Below are positions 10,091 to 20,200 of a DNA stretch of 64,000 nucleotides, one piece after another. The notes below the pieces were generated by a model. It saw nothing but the letters and a program-made list of their open reading frames with translations. It was not told where the DNA came from and did not search any database. Both the position numbers and the translations under genes were made by a program. The DNA is from Bacilli bacterium (lineage in GTDB: Bacteria; Bacillota_I; Bacilli_A; RFN20; CAG-826). The number at the start of each line of letters is the position of its first letter. Positions within the stretch are counted from its first letter, which is position 1. The DNA is taken from positions 5,740 to 69,739 of the forward strand of contig JBJEDU010000035.1 in assembly GCA_051872395.1 (NCBI GenBank), read 5' to 3'.

Positions 10091-10393
10091 ATGAATATTC
10101 AACAAATGATGATGCAAGCACAAAAAATGCAAAGAGAACTCAAAAAAGCTAAAGAAGATCTTGCTAAAAAAGAATTCACTCTTTCTAAAAGTGGACTTAT
10201 TACTGTTGTAATGACTGGAGACTATAAAGTTCAATCAATAAATATTGAAGAAGATGGTTTTGAAGCCGATAACAAAGAAATGATTGAAGAATTAATTGCT
10301 TCCACGATTAATGAACTGTATTTAGAAATCAAAGAAGTCGAGGAAGAAATTGAAGAAAAAATAACTGGACGAGCAGGAGGTCTTGGTTTTTAA
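10091..10393 (+). CDS. ybaB: Nucleoid-associated protein YbaB/EbfC
   Basis: 100 aa, conserved between dnaX and recR. Confidence 0.85.
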   Translation: MNIQQMMMQAQKMQRELKKAKEDLAKKEFTLSKSGLITVVMTGDYKVQSINIEEDGFEADNKEMIEELIASTINELYLEIKEVEEEIEEKITGRAGGLGF

Positions 10394-10989
10394 TGGACCA
10401 TTTACCACAAATAGATAAAGTTATTGAATCATTATCTAAACTTCCTTCTGTTGGGAAAAAGAGTGCTGAAAGAATTGCCTATTCTCTTTTAGACATGGAC
10501 GAAGAAGAAGTTAAAACATTAATAAACGATATTGAAATATTAAAATCTTCCATTTCATATTGTCCAATTTGTGGAGCGTATAAAGAGGAAGAAAATTGCG
10601 AATATTGTTCTAATGATTCAAGAGATAGAAGTGTCATTTTAGTAGTTAGTAACCCAAAAGATATTTTCAGTTTTGAAAAATCAGAAGAATATCATGGTTT
10701 ATATCACGTTTTAAATGGAGTAATTCAAACATCTAAAGGCATTGGACCAGACCAACTCAATATTGCTTCTTTAGTATCTCGCATTGAAAAAGAAAATATT
10801 AAAGAAGTCATCATCGCCACTAATCCAACACTCGATGGAGAAACGACAGCGTTATATATCTCAAAAATATTAGAACCATTAAATGTTGAAGTTACCCGTT
10901 TAGCGTATGGTCTACAAATGGGTGGAAATCTCGATTATGTCGATGCCATAACTTTATCAAAAGCCATCGAAGGAAGAAGAAAAATTTAA
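10393..10989 (+). CDS. recR: Recombination protein RecR
   Basis: HhH N-terminus, C4 zinc finger CPICG...CEYC, Toprim domain. Confidence 0.95.
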   Translation: MDHLPQIDKVIESLSKLPSVGKKSAERIAYSLLDMDEEEVKTLINDIEILKSSISYCPICGAYKEEENCEYCSNDSRDRSVILVVSNPKDIFSFEKSEEYHGLYHVLNGVIQTSKGIGPDQLNIASLVSRIEKENIKEVIIATNPTLDGETTALYISKILEPLNVEVTRLAYGLQMGGNLDYVDAITLSKAIEGRRKI

Positions 10990-10999
10990 GGAGAGAATT

Positions 11000-11620
11000 A
11001 TGTTTATTACTATAGAAGGACCAGAAGGTTCAGGAAAAACAAGCGCGATTGATTGGGCTTGTAAAGAATTAGAAAAATTGAATTATCAAATAGTAAGAAC
11101 AAGGGAACCAGGTGGAACAGAAATTTCTGAACAAATCAGAGAAGTTATCTTAAATAAAGATAATAAAAAGATGGATCCTAGAACTGAAGCTCTTTTATAC
11201 GCGGCAAGTAGACGTCAACATTTAGTAGAAAAAGTTTGGCCGGCTTTAAAAGAAGGCAAAATTGTTGTTTGTGACCGTTATTTAGATTCCTCTTTAGCGT
11301 ACCAAGGTGGAGCGAGAGGTCTCGGTATTGATGAAATATTATCTGTCAATATGTACGCGACAGAAAATACTTTTCCAGATTTAACTCTTTTATTTGATTT
11401 AGACCCTCAACTTGGATTAGAAAGAATTAGTCAAAACTCTTCAAGAGAAGTTAATAGATTAGATTTAGAAAAATTAGAATTCCATAACAAAGTAAGAAAT
11501 ACTTTTTTACTTTTAGCAGAACGTTACAAAGACCGTTATGTTGTAATTGATGCTTCTAAATCAAGAGAAGAAGTTAGAGAAGAAACATTACGAGTCATTT
11601 TAGAAAGACTATGCAAATAA
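11000..11620 (+). CDS. tmk: Thymidylate kinase
   Basis: P-loop EGPEGSGKTS, DRY motif (CDRYLDSSLAYQG), LID. Confidence 0.9.
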   Translation: MFITIEGPEGSGKTSAIDWACKELEKLNYQIVRTREPGGTEISEQIREVILNKDNKKMDPRTEALLYAASRRQHLVEKVWPALKEGKIVVCDRYLDSSLAYQGGARGLGIDEILSVNMYATENTFPDLTLLFDLDPQLGLERISQNSSREVNRLDLEKLEFHNKVRNTFLLLAERYKDRYVVIDASKSREEVREETLRVILERLCK

Positions 11621-12624
11621 AAAATTATCTCGAAAAATATCAACCAGTAATATTCCATACATTTAAAAACGCATTAAATAATCAAACATTATCTCATGCT
11701 TATTTAATTGTGGGAGAAGTTGGAACCAATCTAATTGATACCGCGAAATTTTTAGCAAAATCAATTTTATGTAATGATGGTGATCCTTTCGCATGCGATA
11801 GTTGCATTAATTGCATGCGCGTTGATAGCGATAATTATCCAGATTTAATGATTTTTAATGGTGAAAAATCAATAATCAAAAAAGAAGATGTGACATTTAT
11901 TGAATCGCAATTTGAAAAAACCGCTTTAGATGACAAAGGAATCAAAATATACATATTGCATCTTGTTGAAAATATGACATTAGAGGCCGTTAATTCTGTT
12001 TTAAAATTTTTAGAAGAACCAGAAAGTAATATTTACGCGATACTAACTTCTAATAATGAAAACGCTGTATTACCAACGATTATATCTCGTTGTCAAGTGA
12101 TGCATTTAAAACCAATCAAAAGAGAAATAATTATAGAAGAAGCAATAGAGGAAGGCATTACTAGAGAGGACGCTGAATTATTGTCGTATTTTTATAACGA
12201 TATAAATTTAATGAAATCCGCTCTCGAAAAAGATAAAATCAAAGAATACACTAATGCCAAAGAAGCTTTAATAAAATTTTTAAACGCCATTGAAAAAGAT
12301 GAAAAAGAAGCAATATACATTGAAGAAAAAGAAATTCAACCATTAGTGAAAAATAAAGAATCAATGAGATTTTTCTTAGATTTATTAATCAATTTCTTTG
12401 AACAAATATTATTGAAACAAAATAATAGAGAAGTATTACTAAAAAGTTATGATGAAATCATAACTACATTAAATAACAAACTAGAAAACATTGATAATTC
12501 TTTAATAGAATTAATGAAAGGGAGAAGTTTATTAAATTTAAATATTAATTCTTCTCTTTTATTAGATCATCTTACCCTTACCATACTCAAAAAGGAGGAA
12601 AACAATCAATATGATTTCGAATAA
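11611..12624 (+). CDS. holB: DNA polymerase III delta-prime subunit
   Basis: Clamp-loader fold, zinc module CDSCINC, SRC; follows tmk as in Firmicutes. Confidence 0.8.
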   Translation: MQIKNYLEKYQPVIFHTFKNALNNQTLSHAYLIVGEVGTNLIDTAKFLAKSILCNDGDPFACDSCINCMRVDSDNYPDLMIFNGEKSIIKKEDVTFIESQFEKTALDDKGIKIYILHLVENMTLEAVNSVLKFLEEPESNIYAILTSNNENAVLPTIISRCQVMHLKPIKREIIIEEAIEEGITREDAELLSYFYNDINLMKSALEKDKIKEYTNAKEALIKFLNAIEKDEKEAIYIEEKEIQPLVKNKESMRFFLDLLINFFEQILLKQNNREVLLKSYDEIITTLNNKLENIDNSLIELMKGRSLLNLNINSSLLLDHLTLTILKKEENNQYDFE

Positions 12625-13507
12625 TCAAACTGAAGTAAAAGAATATAAAAATGAAGATTTTACCCATTTCGCTGGTGTGAAATTTGAAACTGGAATTAGA
12701 TTTTATTTTTTTGGCACTAACGATGATACTTTAAAAATTGGTGATTCAGTGGTAGTCGAAACTTTAAGAGGAGTAGAACTTGGTTTTATCACTTTAGCCC
12801 CTATTCCAATGGAAAAATATACTAGCGAATTAGGTTTGAAACCTATATTAAGAAGTGCGACTGACGCTGATAAAAAGGCTTATGAGGCAAATCGAAAAAG
12901 CGCTGGCTTTGCAATGGAAATATGTCGAGCAGAAGTTAAAAAGCTCAACCTCGATATGAGACTTTTAAGTTGCGAATATACTTTAGATAAAACTAAAGTC
13001 ATCTTTTCATATCTTTCAGATGATCGAGTTGATTTTAGAGAATTACTAAAAGTTTTAGCCGCTAAACTTCATACACGAATTGAACTCCGTCAAATTGGAG
13101 CGAGAGATAAAGCAAAGATGGTTGGTGGTCTAGGAGTATGTGGACTTCCTTTGTGTTGTTCCACTTTCTTAAATGAATTTGATGGTATTTCCATCAATAG
13201 AGCGAAAAATCAACTACTCGCTATTAACATTCCAAAATTATCAGGCGCGTGTGGTAAATTATTTTGTTGTTTAAAATATGAAGATGATGCTTATACTGAA
13301 CTAAAGAAAGATTTCCCTGAAATTGGAACAAAATTTTTCATGGATAAAATTCAATTTACTGTTTCAAGCATCAATATAATTTCTAAAACAGTGGAAATAA
13401 GAAACGAAGAAACCATTCAAAATATTTCTTTAGAAGAATTTAATAACTTAAATAAAACGATTAAAAATAGAAAAGATAAAGATGAAAAGAAACAAATCGT
13501 TCAATAA
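12611..13507 (+). CDS. PSP1-domain protein (YaaT/RicT family)
   Basis: PSP1 C-terminal domain with Cys cluster (CGLPLCCSTFL...CGKLFCC); conserved position after holB. Confidence 0.8.
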   Translation: MISNNQTEVKEYKNEDFTHFAGVKFETGIRFYFFGTNDDTLKIGDSVVVETLRGVELGFITLAPIPMEKYTSELGLKPILRSATDADKKAYEANRKSAGFAMEICRAEVKKLNLDMRLLSCEYTLDKTKVIFSYLSDDRVDFRELLKVLAAKLHTRIELRQIGARDKAKMVGGLGVCGLPLCCSTFLNEFDGISINRAKNQLLAINIPKLSGACGKLFCCLKYEDDAYTELKKDFPEIGTKFFMDKIQFTVSSINIISKTVEIRNEETIQNISLEEFNNLNKTIKNRKDKDEKKQIVQ

Positions 13508-14348
13508 TAAAGAACCTCTTTTATATTTACTTAGCACTCCAATTGGGAATTTATCTGATATTTCTTTAAGAGCCAAAGAAATTCTTTCTTCATGCGATTT
13601 AATTGCCGCGGAAGATACAAGAAATACAAATTTTTTATTAGATAGAATTGGAATTAATAAACCCATTATTTCTTTACATGAACATAATGAAGTTAAAGCT
13701 TCTTTATCATTAATTAATAAAATTAAAGAAGAAAATATCAATGTAGTTTATGTATCTGACGCTGGATATCCAGGCATCAGCGATCCAGGCCATATCCTAG
13801 TAGAAAAATGTATCGAAAATAATATTAAAGTATCGGTCATTCCTGGACCTAGTGCTTTTTTAAGCGCTTTAGTCGCCTCAAATATTGACACTAATCACTT
13901 TGTTTTTTATGGTTTTTTAGACGCTAGAACAAATAAAGCGAGAAGTGAATTAAATAAATTAAAAGATTATGAGCATACTTTAATTTTTTATGAATCGCCA
14001 CATCGAATTGAGAAAACGATAAATTTATTTTATGAAGTACTTGGTGATAGAAAGTTCACTTTAGCGAGAGAATTAACCAAACTAAATGAAGAATATATTT
14101 ACGGAACATTATCTGAATTAGTTAATATTGATTTCTCATCTTTAAAAGGAGAAATTGTCATTGTAATTGAAGGCAAAAAAGAAGAAAAAGAACAATCTTC
14201 AATCGATAATGAAGAAATTAAATTAATCATCAAAAAATTATTGAAAGAAAACAAAACAAAAACTGAGATAACATCGTTATTAATCGAACAATATAAAATA
14301 AGTAAAAAAGTTATTTATAATCTATTTTCATTAATCGATAAAGAATAA
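13482..14348 (+). CDS. rsmI: 16S rRNA (cytidine1402-2'-O)-methyltransferase RsmI
   Basis: Tetrapyrrole-methylase fold motifs (LYLLSTPIGNLSDIS, AAEDTR, YESPHR). Confidence 0.9.
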   Translation: MKRNKSFNNKEPLLYLLSTPIGNLSDISLRAKEILSSCDLIAAEDTRNTNFLLDRIGINKPIISLHEHNEVKASLSLINKIKEENINVVYVSDAGYPGISDPGHILVEKCIENNIKVSVIPGPSAFLSALVASNIDTNHFVFYGFLDARTNKARSELNKLKDYEHTLIFYESPHRIEKTINLFYEVLGDRKFTLARELTKLNEEYIYGTLSELVNIDFSSLKGEIVIVIEGKKEEKEQSSIDNEEIKLIIKKLLKENKTKTEITSLLIEQYKISKKVIYNLFSLIDKE

Positions 14349-17300
14349 TTTTTTATTTTCTTTATCGACTTTCTTAATATCGAAATAGGAATAAGTTAAA
14401 TACATTATTATAAAAGAAACCATACCAACAAAACTCAAGGCATTGCCTTCTTTTAAATATGGTGGATAAAAGTCTAATTCATAATGATTATTTCCTTCAT
14501 TAGCTAAAAAGGAAACGAAACCACCTTGAGCAGGAAATACTTCAATATTTTTCTTTTCACCATTTTCATCAATTTCTTTAACTTTCCAACCCTCTTCATA
14601 CGCAATACGGGTGACAATTACTCTCTTAGAAGAATAATTAGTGTCAAAATCAAAATGGTTTGTTGAATAATTAACATTGTTTAATTTGTTTTCCTCTAAG
14701 GTAGATAAAGTATTATAAAAATCCGTGCCACTTTCATAATATAAGCGAATTGATGATTGAGCGTTAATCTCACTAAAACGTGGAACAATAATTATATTTT
14801 TAATTTTATTTTTGGTATAAAAAGTTCTTAATGATTTATTTGATGATGTCGTATTATCATCGTTATGATTATCAAATAAACAAATATTATCGTTTTCATC
14901 TAAAAAATAAACATTAATCTTTTTATTGCTTGTAAAAGAATATTGAAGAGTGAAAATATTTCCTTCTTCATCAAATGGGAAATAAGAAAATCCGCTATTG
15001 GATAAAAAGATTACGATGTGATTAGTAGAACTATTCGAAGCAGTTGGATTAGTTAAAGAATAGTTAGCAGGTATATTTTTTAATTCATCCAAACTCATTT
15101 TTAATGGATTTGAAGAACCTGTCGAATAATAATCAAATTGTAATGAAATATTTTTATTTAAAGCTTGCTCATTACCAAAATTATAAATAGTTTGTTCAGT
15201 TAATGTATTGTTAGATAATTCAAGAAGTCGATCATAATACTCATAAGAATAAAGTCCACATTTTAAATATAGTTCTTCATTTCTTAAAGGATAATATGAT
15301 GAACTCGCTAAAGTAGTTTGTTTATCTTCCATTGAATTATATGTCGCGATTTTATCAAAAGAGAAACCTAAATCGATAAATTTCGTATTTCGATAAACAT
15401 AAAATGAATCATTAGGATATAAAGAAGAAATATCTTCAAAATAAAATGGAACGTTGATGTTTACATCATCTAAACAAGTATCTTTTTCAACAAAGTAATA
15501 TTTAATACCTAAGAATGTATCTAAGTTGGCTCTTTTTTCTACGTAAGATCCACTCCACCCATTAATATTTTGAGTCAAACGACTCCAAGTAATAAATTCC
15601 ACAGTGTTAAAGTTATAAATAGAATGAAAGAAACTAACACCATTATAATTATTTCTCATCCCATCATTTCTTGCAGAATCAGTAGCTAAAGAAGAATAAC
15701 ATCGATAATATGTAGGGTCATCTTTTTTTATCCTACTTGTTAAGGCGTATAAATCTTCATTTTTTTCTAATCCATTATTGACAGAATTATAATTTGTGTA
15801 ACCATGGAAAATAGTAATTAAAGAACCCATCGTCACTAATTCGATACAAACAAATATATTAAAAGCTTTATAATAAGAACCCTTTTTAAGTGCGATACGA
15901 ACGACAAAATAGAAAACAGTTACATATACTAAATAAATGATGAGAGGTATAAATAAAGGCATTCTTTCACTAAAGTTATATTTCTCATTATTAACAAGAT
16001 AATAAGCGATGAGCACTGATGCCACTCCACCTATAAATGCAAATAAATAACCAAATAATAAATGAAGAGGTTTCATTTCTTTAATTCGATCAATATATAA
16101 ACCAACATAAGTAATTAAAGAAGTGGCGACAAACAAATACCATCTCGAATATGGTTTAGTAAAACCAAAGCACAAATAATAGAAAAATGGAGTGAAAATT
16201 GCAAGGATAAAGAAAATTATGGCAATAAAATGACTTATTTTTCTTCTTTTAAATGAGTCAATAATCGTCGGCACTAATAATACAATAAATGGAGAAAAAC
16301 AAAATAAAGAACCCGCAACATTATCATAAGATTCATTACCTAAAACAGTTAACGGTGTACCTCTATCGCTTGTGGTTGGGAAGAAAAATTCAATTATTGG
16401 ATATAAAACCCGATATCCTTTATTTCCCCCATCAACATCATTAAAAGAAAATAATAATTTTAAAGCATCAACAATTTTTCCTTCTTTAAATGCTGATAAT
16501 AAGTTTGCTAAATAAGTAGAACTAGTAGCCCTATCACTATTAATAGCAATCATCGCGCCAGGAAGGACAACTACTAGTGATAAAAGAATGCCAACTAAAA
16601 ATCCAATAAAGCCAATTCCTAAGATAATTAGATTATCTTTTGCATTGTTTAATTTTAACCTCTGGAAATATCTAAACATCGCATAAATAAAAGCGCAAAT
16701 AACGAAGCAAATAAAGAAGAAATAATTGGTTACACCCATTAAAAGTAATGACACCATTAAAACAAATGGGCGTTTTTCTTTTAATATTTTTTCTACACCT
16801 AATAAGATAAGAGGAAAAAAGACTGCAACTTCAGAAAAATGGTTAAACCATAAATACCAACTAACCCAACCAGAAAAAGCGTACGCTAAACCGCATAACA
16901 TCGAAGTCTCTTCTTTAACTTTGAAATAGCGAATGTAAAAATAAAACGCTAATCCTGAACAAGCTAATTTAAGTATAGTCATCGCCGCCATAACTTGTGG
17001 AATAATGGCGCGAGGAAATATCAAAGTTAATAAGAAAAAGGGATCAAATAAATAATAAAAGGAATTTGAACCAATATTATTTGCCCCTAAATATGTATTA
17101 GTATCATAAAAAACAAATTCACCAGTTTTAAAGAAATGATGCCAATCATCATATCCATTTAAATAAAAGGAAAATTGTTGAGCGCAATAATCTCCAGAAT
17201 ATGGAGTTGTAAAATTATTAGTAATTAAAATGGAAAAGAAAAATAATATTCCCATTATTAAAAGGAATAAAAAATATTCAAATTGAGATTTATGATTTTT

Positions 17301-17408
17301 AAAAAAATCTGTAATCATCAATAAAAATTTATTATTAGATTTCTTTTGATTATTTTTAAAAGCAATATCCATCTTCATTATTATAAAATCAAATAGAATA
17401 AATTGCAC
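14331..17408 (-). CDS. YfhO-family membrane glycosyltransferase-like protein (many N-terminal TM helices, large extracytoplasmic C-terminal domain)
   Basis: 1025 aa, hydrophobic N-terminal 550 aa, YfhO-like topology; start codon uncertain (several Met within first 31 codons, none with good RBS). Confidence 0.65.
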   Translation of the reverse strand: MQFILFDFIIMKMDIAFKNNQKKSNNKFLLMITDFFKNHKSQFEYFLFLLIMGILFFFSILITNNFTTPYSGDYCAQQFSFYLNGYDDWHHFFKTGEFVFYDTNTYLGANNIGSNSFYYLFDPFFLLTLIFPRAIIPQVMAAMTILKLACSGLAFYFYIRYFKVKEETSMLCGLAYAFSGWVSWYLWFNHFSEVAVFFPLILLGVEKILKEKRPFVLMVSLLLMGVTNYFFFICFVICAFIYAMFRYFQRLKLNNAKDNLIILGIGFIGFLVGILLSLVVVLPGAMIAINSDRATSSTYLANLLSAFKEGKIVDALKLLFSFNDVDGGNKGYRVLYPIIEFFFPTTSDRGTPLTVLGNESYDNVAGSLFCFSPFIVLLVPTIIDSFKRRKISHFIAIIFFILAIFTPFFYYLCFGFTKPYSRWYLFVATSLITYVGLYIDRIKEMKPLHLLFGYLFAFIGGVASVLIAYYLVNNEKYNFSERMPLFIPLIIYLVYVTVFYFVVRIALKKGSYYKAFNIFVCIELVTMGSLITIFHGYTNYNSVNNGLEKNEDLYALTSRIKKDDPTYYRCYSSLATDSARNDGMRNNYNGVSFFHSIYNFNTVEFITWSRLTQNINGWSGSYVEKRANLDTFLGIKYYFVEKDTCLDDVNINVPFYFEDISSLYPNDSFYVYRNTKFIDLGFSFDKIATYNSMEDKQTTLASSSYYPLRNEELYLKCGLYSYEYYDRLLELSNNTLTEQTIYNFGNEQALNKNISLQFDYYSTGSSNPLKMSLDELKNIPANYSLTNPTASNSSTNHIVIFLSNSGFSYFPFDEEGNIFTLQYSFTSNKKINVYFLDENDNICLFDNHNDDNTTSSNKSLRTFYTKNKIKNIIIVPRFSEINAQSSIRLYYESGTDFYNTLSTLEENKLNNVNYSTNHFDFDTNYSSKRVIVTRIAYEEGWKVKEIDENGEKKNIEVFPAQGGFVSFLANEGNNHYELDFYPPYLKEGNALSFVGMVSFIIMYLTYSYFDIKKVDKENKKLFFID

Positions 17409-17451
17409 TTAATTCAAATAAGGATTTTTATAATTTTTTATAAAAATATTC

Positions 17452-17480
17452 TTGTAATTTATTTTTCACTTTTCTAATAT
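17452..17480 (+). promoter_or_regulatory. Putative promoter for typA (-35 TTGTAA, 17-bp spacer, -10 TAATAT)
   Basis: Hexamers read directly; followed by RBS AGGAAA and typA ATG at 17506. Confidence 0.4.
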
Positions 17481-17505
17481 AGAAAAGAAAAAGTAGGAAA
17501 ATTAT

Positions 17506-19335
17506 ATGAATACAAGAAATATCGCCATTATTGCTCACGTCGACCATGGAAAAACTACCCTAGTAGACCAATTATTAAAAACTGCAGGGACATTTAGAAG
17601 CAATGAAGAAGTTAATGAACGTGTCATGGATAGCAATGATATTGAAAGAGAAAGAGGAATTACTATTCTCGCAAAAACTACTTCAATTTTTTATCATGAT
17701 TATAAAATAAATATTTTAGACACTCCTGGTCATGCTGATTTTGGAGGCGAAGTTGAAAGAATTATGAACATGGTTGATGGCGTTCTCTTATTAGTGGATG
17801 CCTTTGAAGGAACGATGCCACAAACAAGATTCGTTTTAAAGAAAGCATTACAAGCTCACATCAAACCAATTGTCGTCATTAATAAAATAGACCGCGCCAA
17901 TATTGATATACAAAAAACTTTAGATGAAGTTTTAGATTTATTTATAGAATTAGGTGCTGATGATGATTTATTAGATTTCAAAGTTGTTTATACTTCCGCT
18001 TTAAAAGGAACATCATCATTATCGCCTGAACTCGAATCACAAGTTCCAGGAATGGATGTATTATTTGAAACAATTATTAAAGAAATTCCTGAACCTAATG
18101 CTGATATTAACGGACCACTTCAATTACAAGTAGCGTTATTAGATTATAACGATTTCGTTGGAAGAATTGGTGTTGGCACTATTAAAAGAGGAACGATTAA
18201 AGTCAATGATAATGTCGCTTTAGCGAGAAATAATGACACTGTAAGACAATTTAGAGTAATGAAATTATTTGGTTATCAAGGTCTTAAAAGAGTGGAAATC
18301 GAAGAAGCTCATGCTGGTGATATTGTCGCTGTCGCTGGACTTAGTGATATTAATGTTGGTGAAACCATCTGCAGTGTCGATAATGTTGAACCACTACCAA
18401 AAATTAAATTAGATGAACCAACTCTTCAAATGACTTTTGGAACAAATACCTCTCCATTTTCAGGAAGAGATGGAAAACTTTTAACTGCTAGAAAAATTGA
18501 AGAAAGACTTTTTAAAGAGGTTCAAAAAGATATTGCGTTAAGAGTCGAAAGAATTCCTAATACTGAAAGTTGGATAGTTTCAGGTAGAGGAGAACTTCAT
18601 TTATCAATTTTAATTGAAAATATGAGAAGAGAAGGCTATGAACTTCAAGTATCAAAACCACAAGTAATTATCAAAGAAATTGATGGAGTAAAATGCGAAC
18701 CATACGAAGATTTAATGATCGATGTTCCAAACGATTATGTTGGAGATGTCATGACCACAATTGGAGAAAGAAGTGGCGAACTCATTAATATGGACGCTGG
18801 TGATGTCACAACAAGAATCGATTATATTATTCCTTCTCGCGGTTTATTAGGATATACGACTTCATTTTTAACATTAACCAAAGGTTATGGAATTATTTCT
18901 CACACTTTTAGAGAATATCGTCCATATAAAAAATTAGAGCTTGGAGAAAGATTATTAGGTGTTTTAGTCGCTACTGAAAGCGGATTAGCCACTCCATACG
19001 CTTTAGAACACGTTGAAGAAAGAGGAACAATGTTTATTGAACCAGGTGTTGAAGTATATGAAGGAATGATAGTTGGTGAAAATCGCTACGACATCGATTT
19101 AGCGGTCAATGTGGTTACTAAAAAGAATTTAACAAATGTTAGAAGTTCAACAAAAGATAACACTGTCGTTTTAAAAACACCTCGTAAAATGTCTCTTGAA
19201 GGTTGCTTGGATTACATTAATCTTGATGAATTAGTGGAAATTACCCCAAAAACTTATAGGATGAGAAAGAAAATATTAAATACGGTCGAAAGAAAGAAAT
19301 ATGACGCTCATCAAAAAAGAGATAATGAAAATTAA
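17506..19335 (+). CDS. typA: Ribosome-associated translational GTPase TypA/BipA
   Basis: GTPase G1-G4 (AHVDHGKTT, DTPGHADF, NKID), EF-G-like domains, 609 aa. Confidence 0.95.
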   Translation: MNTRNIAIIAHVDHGKTTLVDQLLKTAGTFRSNEEVNERVMDSNDIERERGITILAKTTSIFYHDYKINILDTPGHADFGGEVERIMNMVDGVLLLVDAFEGTMPQTRFVLKKALQAHIKPIVVINKIDRANIDIQKTLDEVLDLFIELGADDDLLDFKVVYTSALKGTSSLSPELESQVPGMDVLFETIIKEIPEPNADINGPLQLQVALLDYNDFVGRIGVGTIKRGTIKVNDNVALARNNDTVRQFRVMKLFGYQGLKRVEIEEAHAGDIVAVAGLSDINVGETICSVDNVEPLPKIKLDEPTLQMTFGTNTSPFSGRDGKLLTARKIEERLFKEVQKDIALRVERIPNTESWIVSGRGELHLSILIENMRREGYELQVSKPQVIIKEIDGVKCEPYEDLMIDVPNDYVGDVMTTIGERSGELINMDAGDVTTRIDYIIPSRGLLGYTTSFLTLTKGYGIISHTFREYRPYKKLELGERLLGVLVATESGLATPYALEHVEERGTMFIEPGVEVYEGMIVGENRYDIDLAVNVVTKKNLTNVRSSTKDNTVVLKTPRKMSLEGCLDYINLDELVEITPKTYRMRKKILNTVERKKYDAHQKRDNEN

Positions 19336-19361
19336 TTATTAATTAAACAAACTATATTTAT

Positions 19362-19398
19362 AAAAAAACTAGGTTGTATCAATTCGCCTAGTTTTTTC
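19362..19398. terminator. Bidirectional rho-independent terminator (A7-stem aactagg/cctagtt-T6) between convergent typA and P-II-like gene
   Basis: Inverted repeat flanked by A-run and T-run read directly. Confidence 0.45.
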
Positions 19399-19428
19399 TT
19401 ATATTAACTTTAATTATTAAAAGTTAAA

Positions 19429-19785
19429 TTATTCGCTATCTTTTTTTATACCTGCGACATCACTGACAGGGAGAGAAAAAGCAATGCCTTGACAATCAGT
19501 TCCTAATCCCGCCGCGGTATTTATCGCTAATAAAACATTATCTCTAATTGATTGATGAACGAGAATTAAAATTAATTCTTTATCTGGAGAAATGGTAATA
19601 TCAAATTTGGATGTTAATTCTTTAGTAGCGGTTCCTCTAGCGTGAAGAATTGTGCCACCTTTCGCTCCTTCTTTTCTCGCTGCGTCCATAACAATATCTG
19701 AATAGCCAGAATTGATAATGACAACAAGACATTCATATTCATTTTCTTCTGTAATAATCTCTTCTTTTTTTGTTTCTTTTTTCAT
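19429..19785 (-). CDS. P-II (GlnB-like) family small regulatory protein
   Basis: 118 aa; ferredoxin-like P-II pattern (LVVIINSGYSDIVMDAARKEGAKGGTIL...GTDCQGIAFSLPV resembling the GDGKIFV region). Confidence 0.65.
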   Translation of the reverse strand: MKKETKKEEIITEENEYECLVVIINSGYSDIVMDAARKEGAKGGTILHARGTATKELTSKFDITISPDKELILILVHQSIRDNVLLAINTAAGLGTDCQGIAFSLPVSDVAGIKKDSE

Positions 19786-19799
19786 AAAATAATCCTCGC

Positions 19800-20189
19800 T
19801 TACATCTTTGAAAATATGCGATATGCAGTAACGGAAGATATGGCTTTTAAGTCTACTGAAAATCCAATTCCTTTACTTGAATCATCCATTTTAAAATAGG
19901 CTTCAAGTTCAACTTTATAAAGAGGTAAATCTTCTTTTCGACATAATGTAAAAACTATATCTTTTTTATTATTTTCAATTCCTAAAATGTCATAGACATC
20001 TTTGCTTGCTGTTCCTAAACCAATTTGAGAAAAAGTTAAAATGGAACCGAGTGAATTAAATAATTTGGTAATAGAATTGCCTTCTCCACGAGGAACGATT
20101 GCGATGTAGAAAGAAAGTGGTTTAATATCACTTCGATCTTCGTATTTTTGTTTAACTTTCTCAACTTTTTTCTTAATTATTCTCGCCAT
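19800..20189 (-). CDS. Small hypothetical protein, possibly second P-II-like subunit
   Basis: 129 aa, operonic between DUF1538-like membrane protein and P-II-like gene; no definitive motif. Confidence 0.4.
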   Translation of the reverse strand: MARIIKKKVEKVKQKYEDRSDIKPLSFYIAIVPRGEGNSITKLFNSLGSILTFSQIGLGTASKDVYDILGIENNKKDIVFTLCRKEDLPLYKVELEAYFKMDDSSKGIGFSVDLKAISSVTAYRIFSKM

Positions 20190-20200
20190 AAAATTAAACC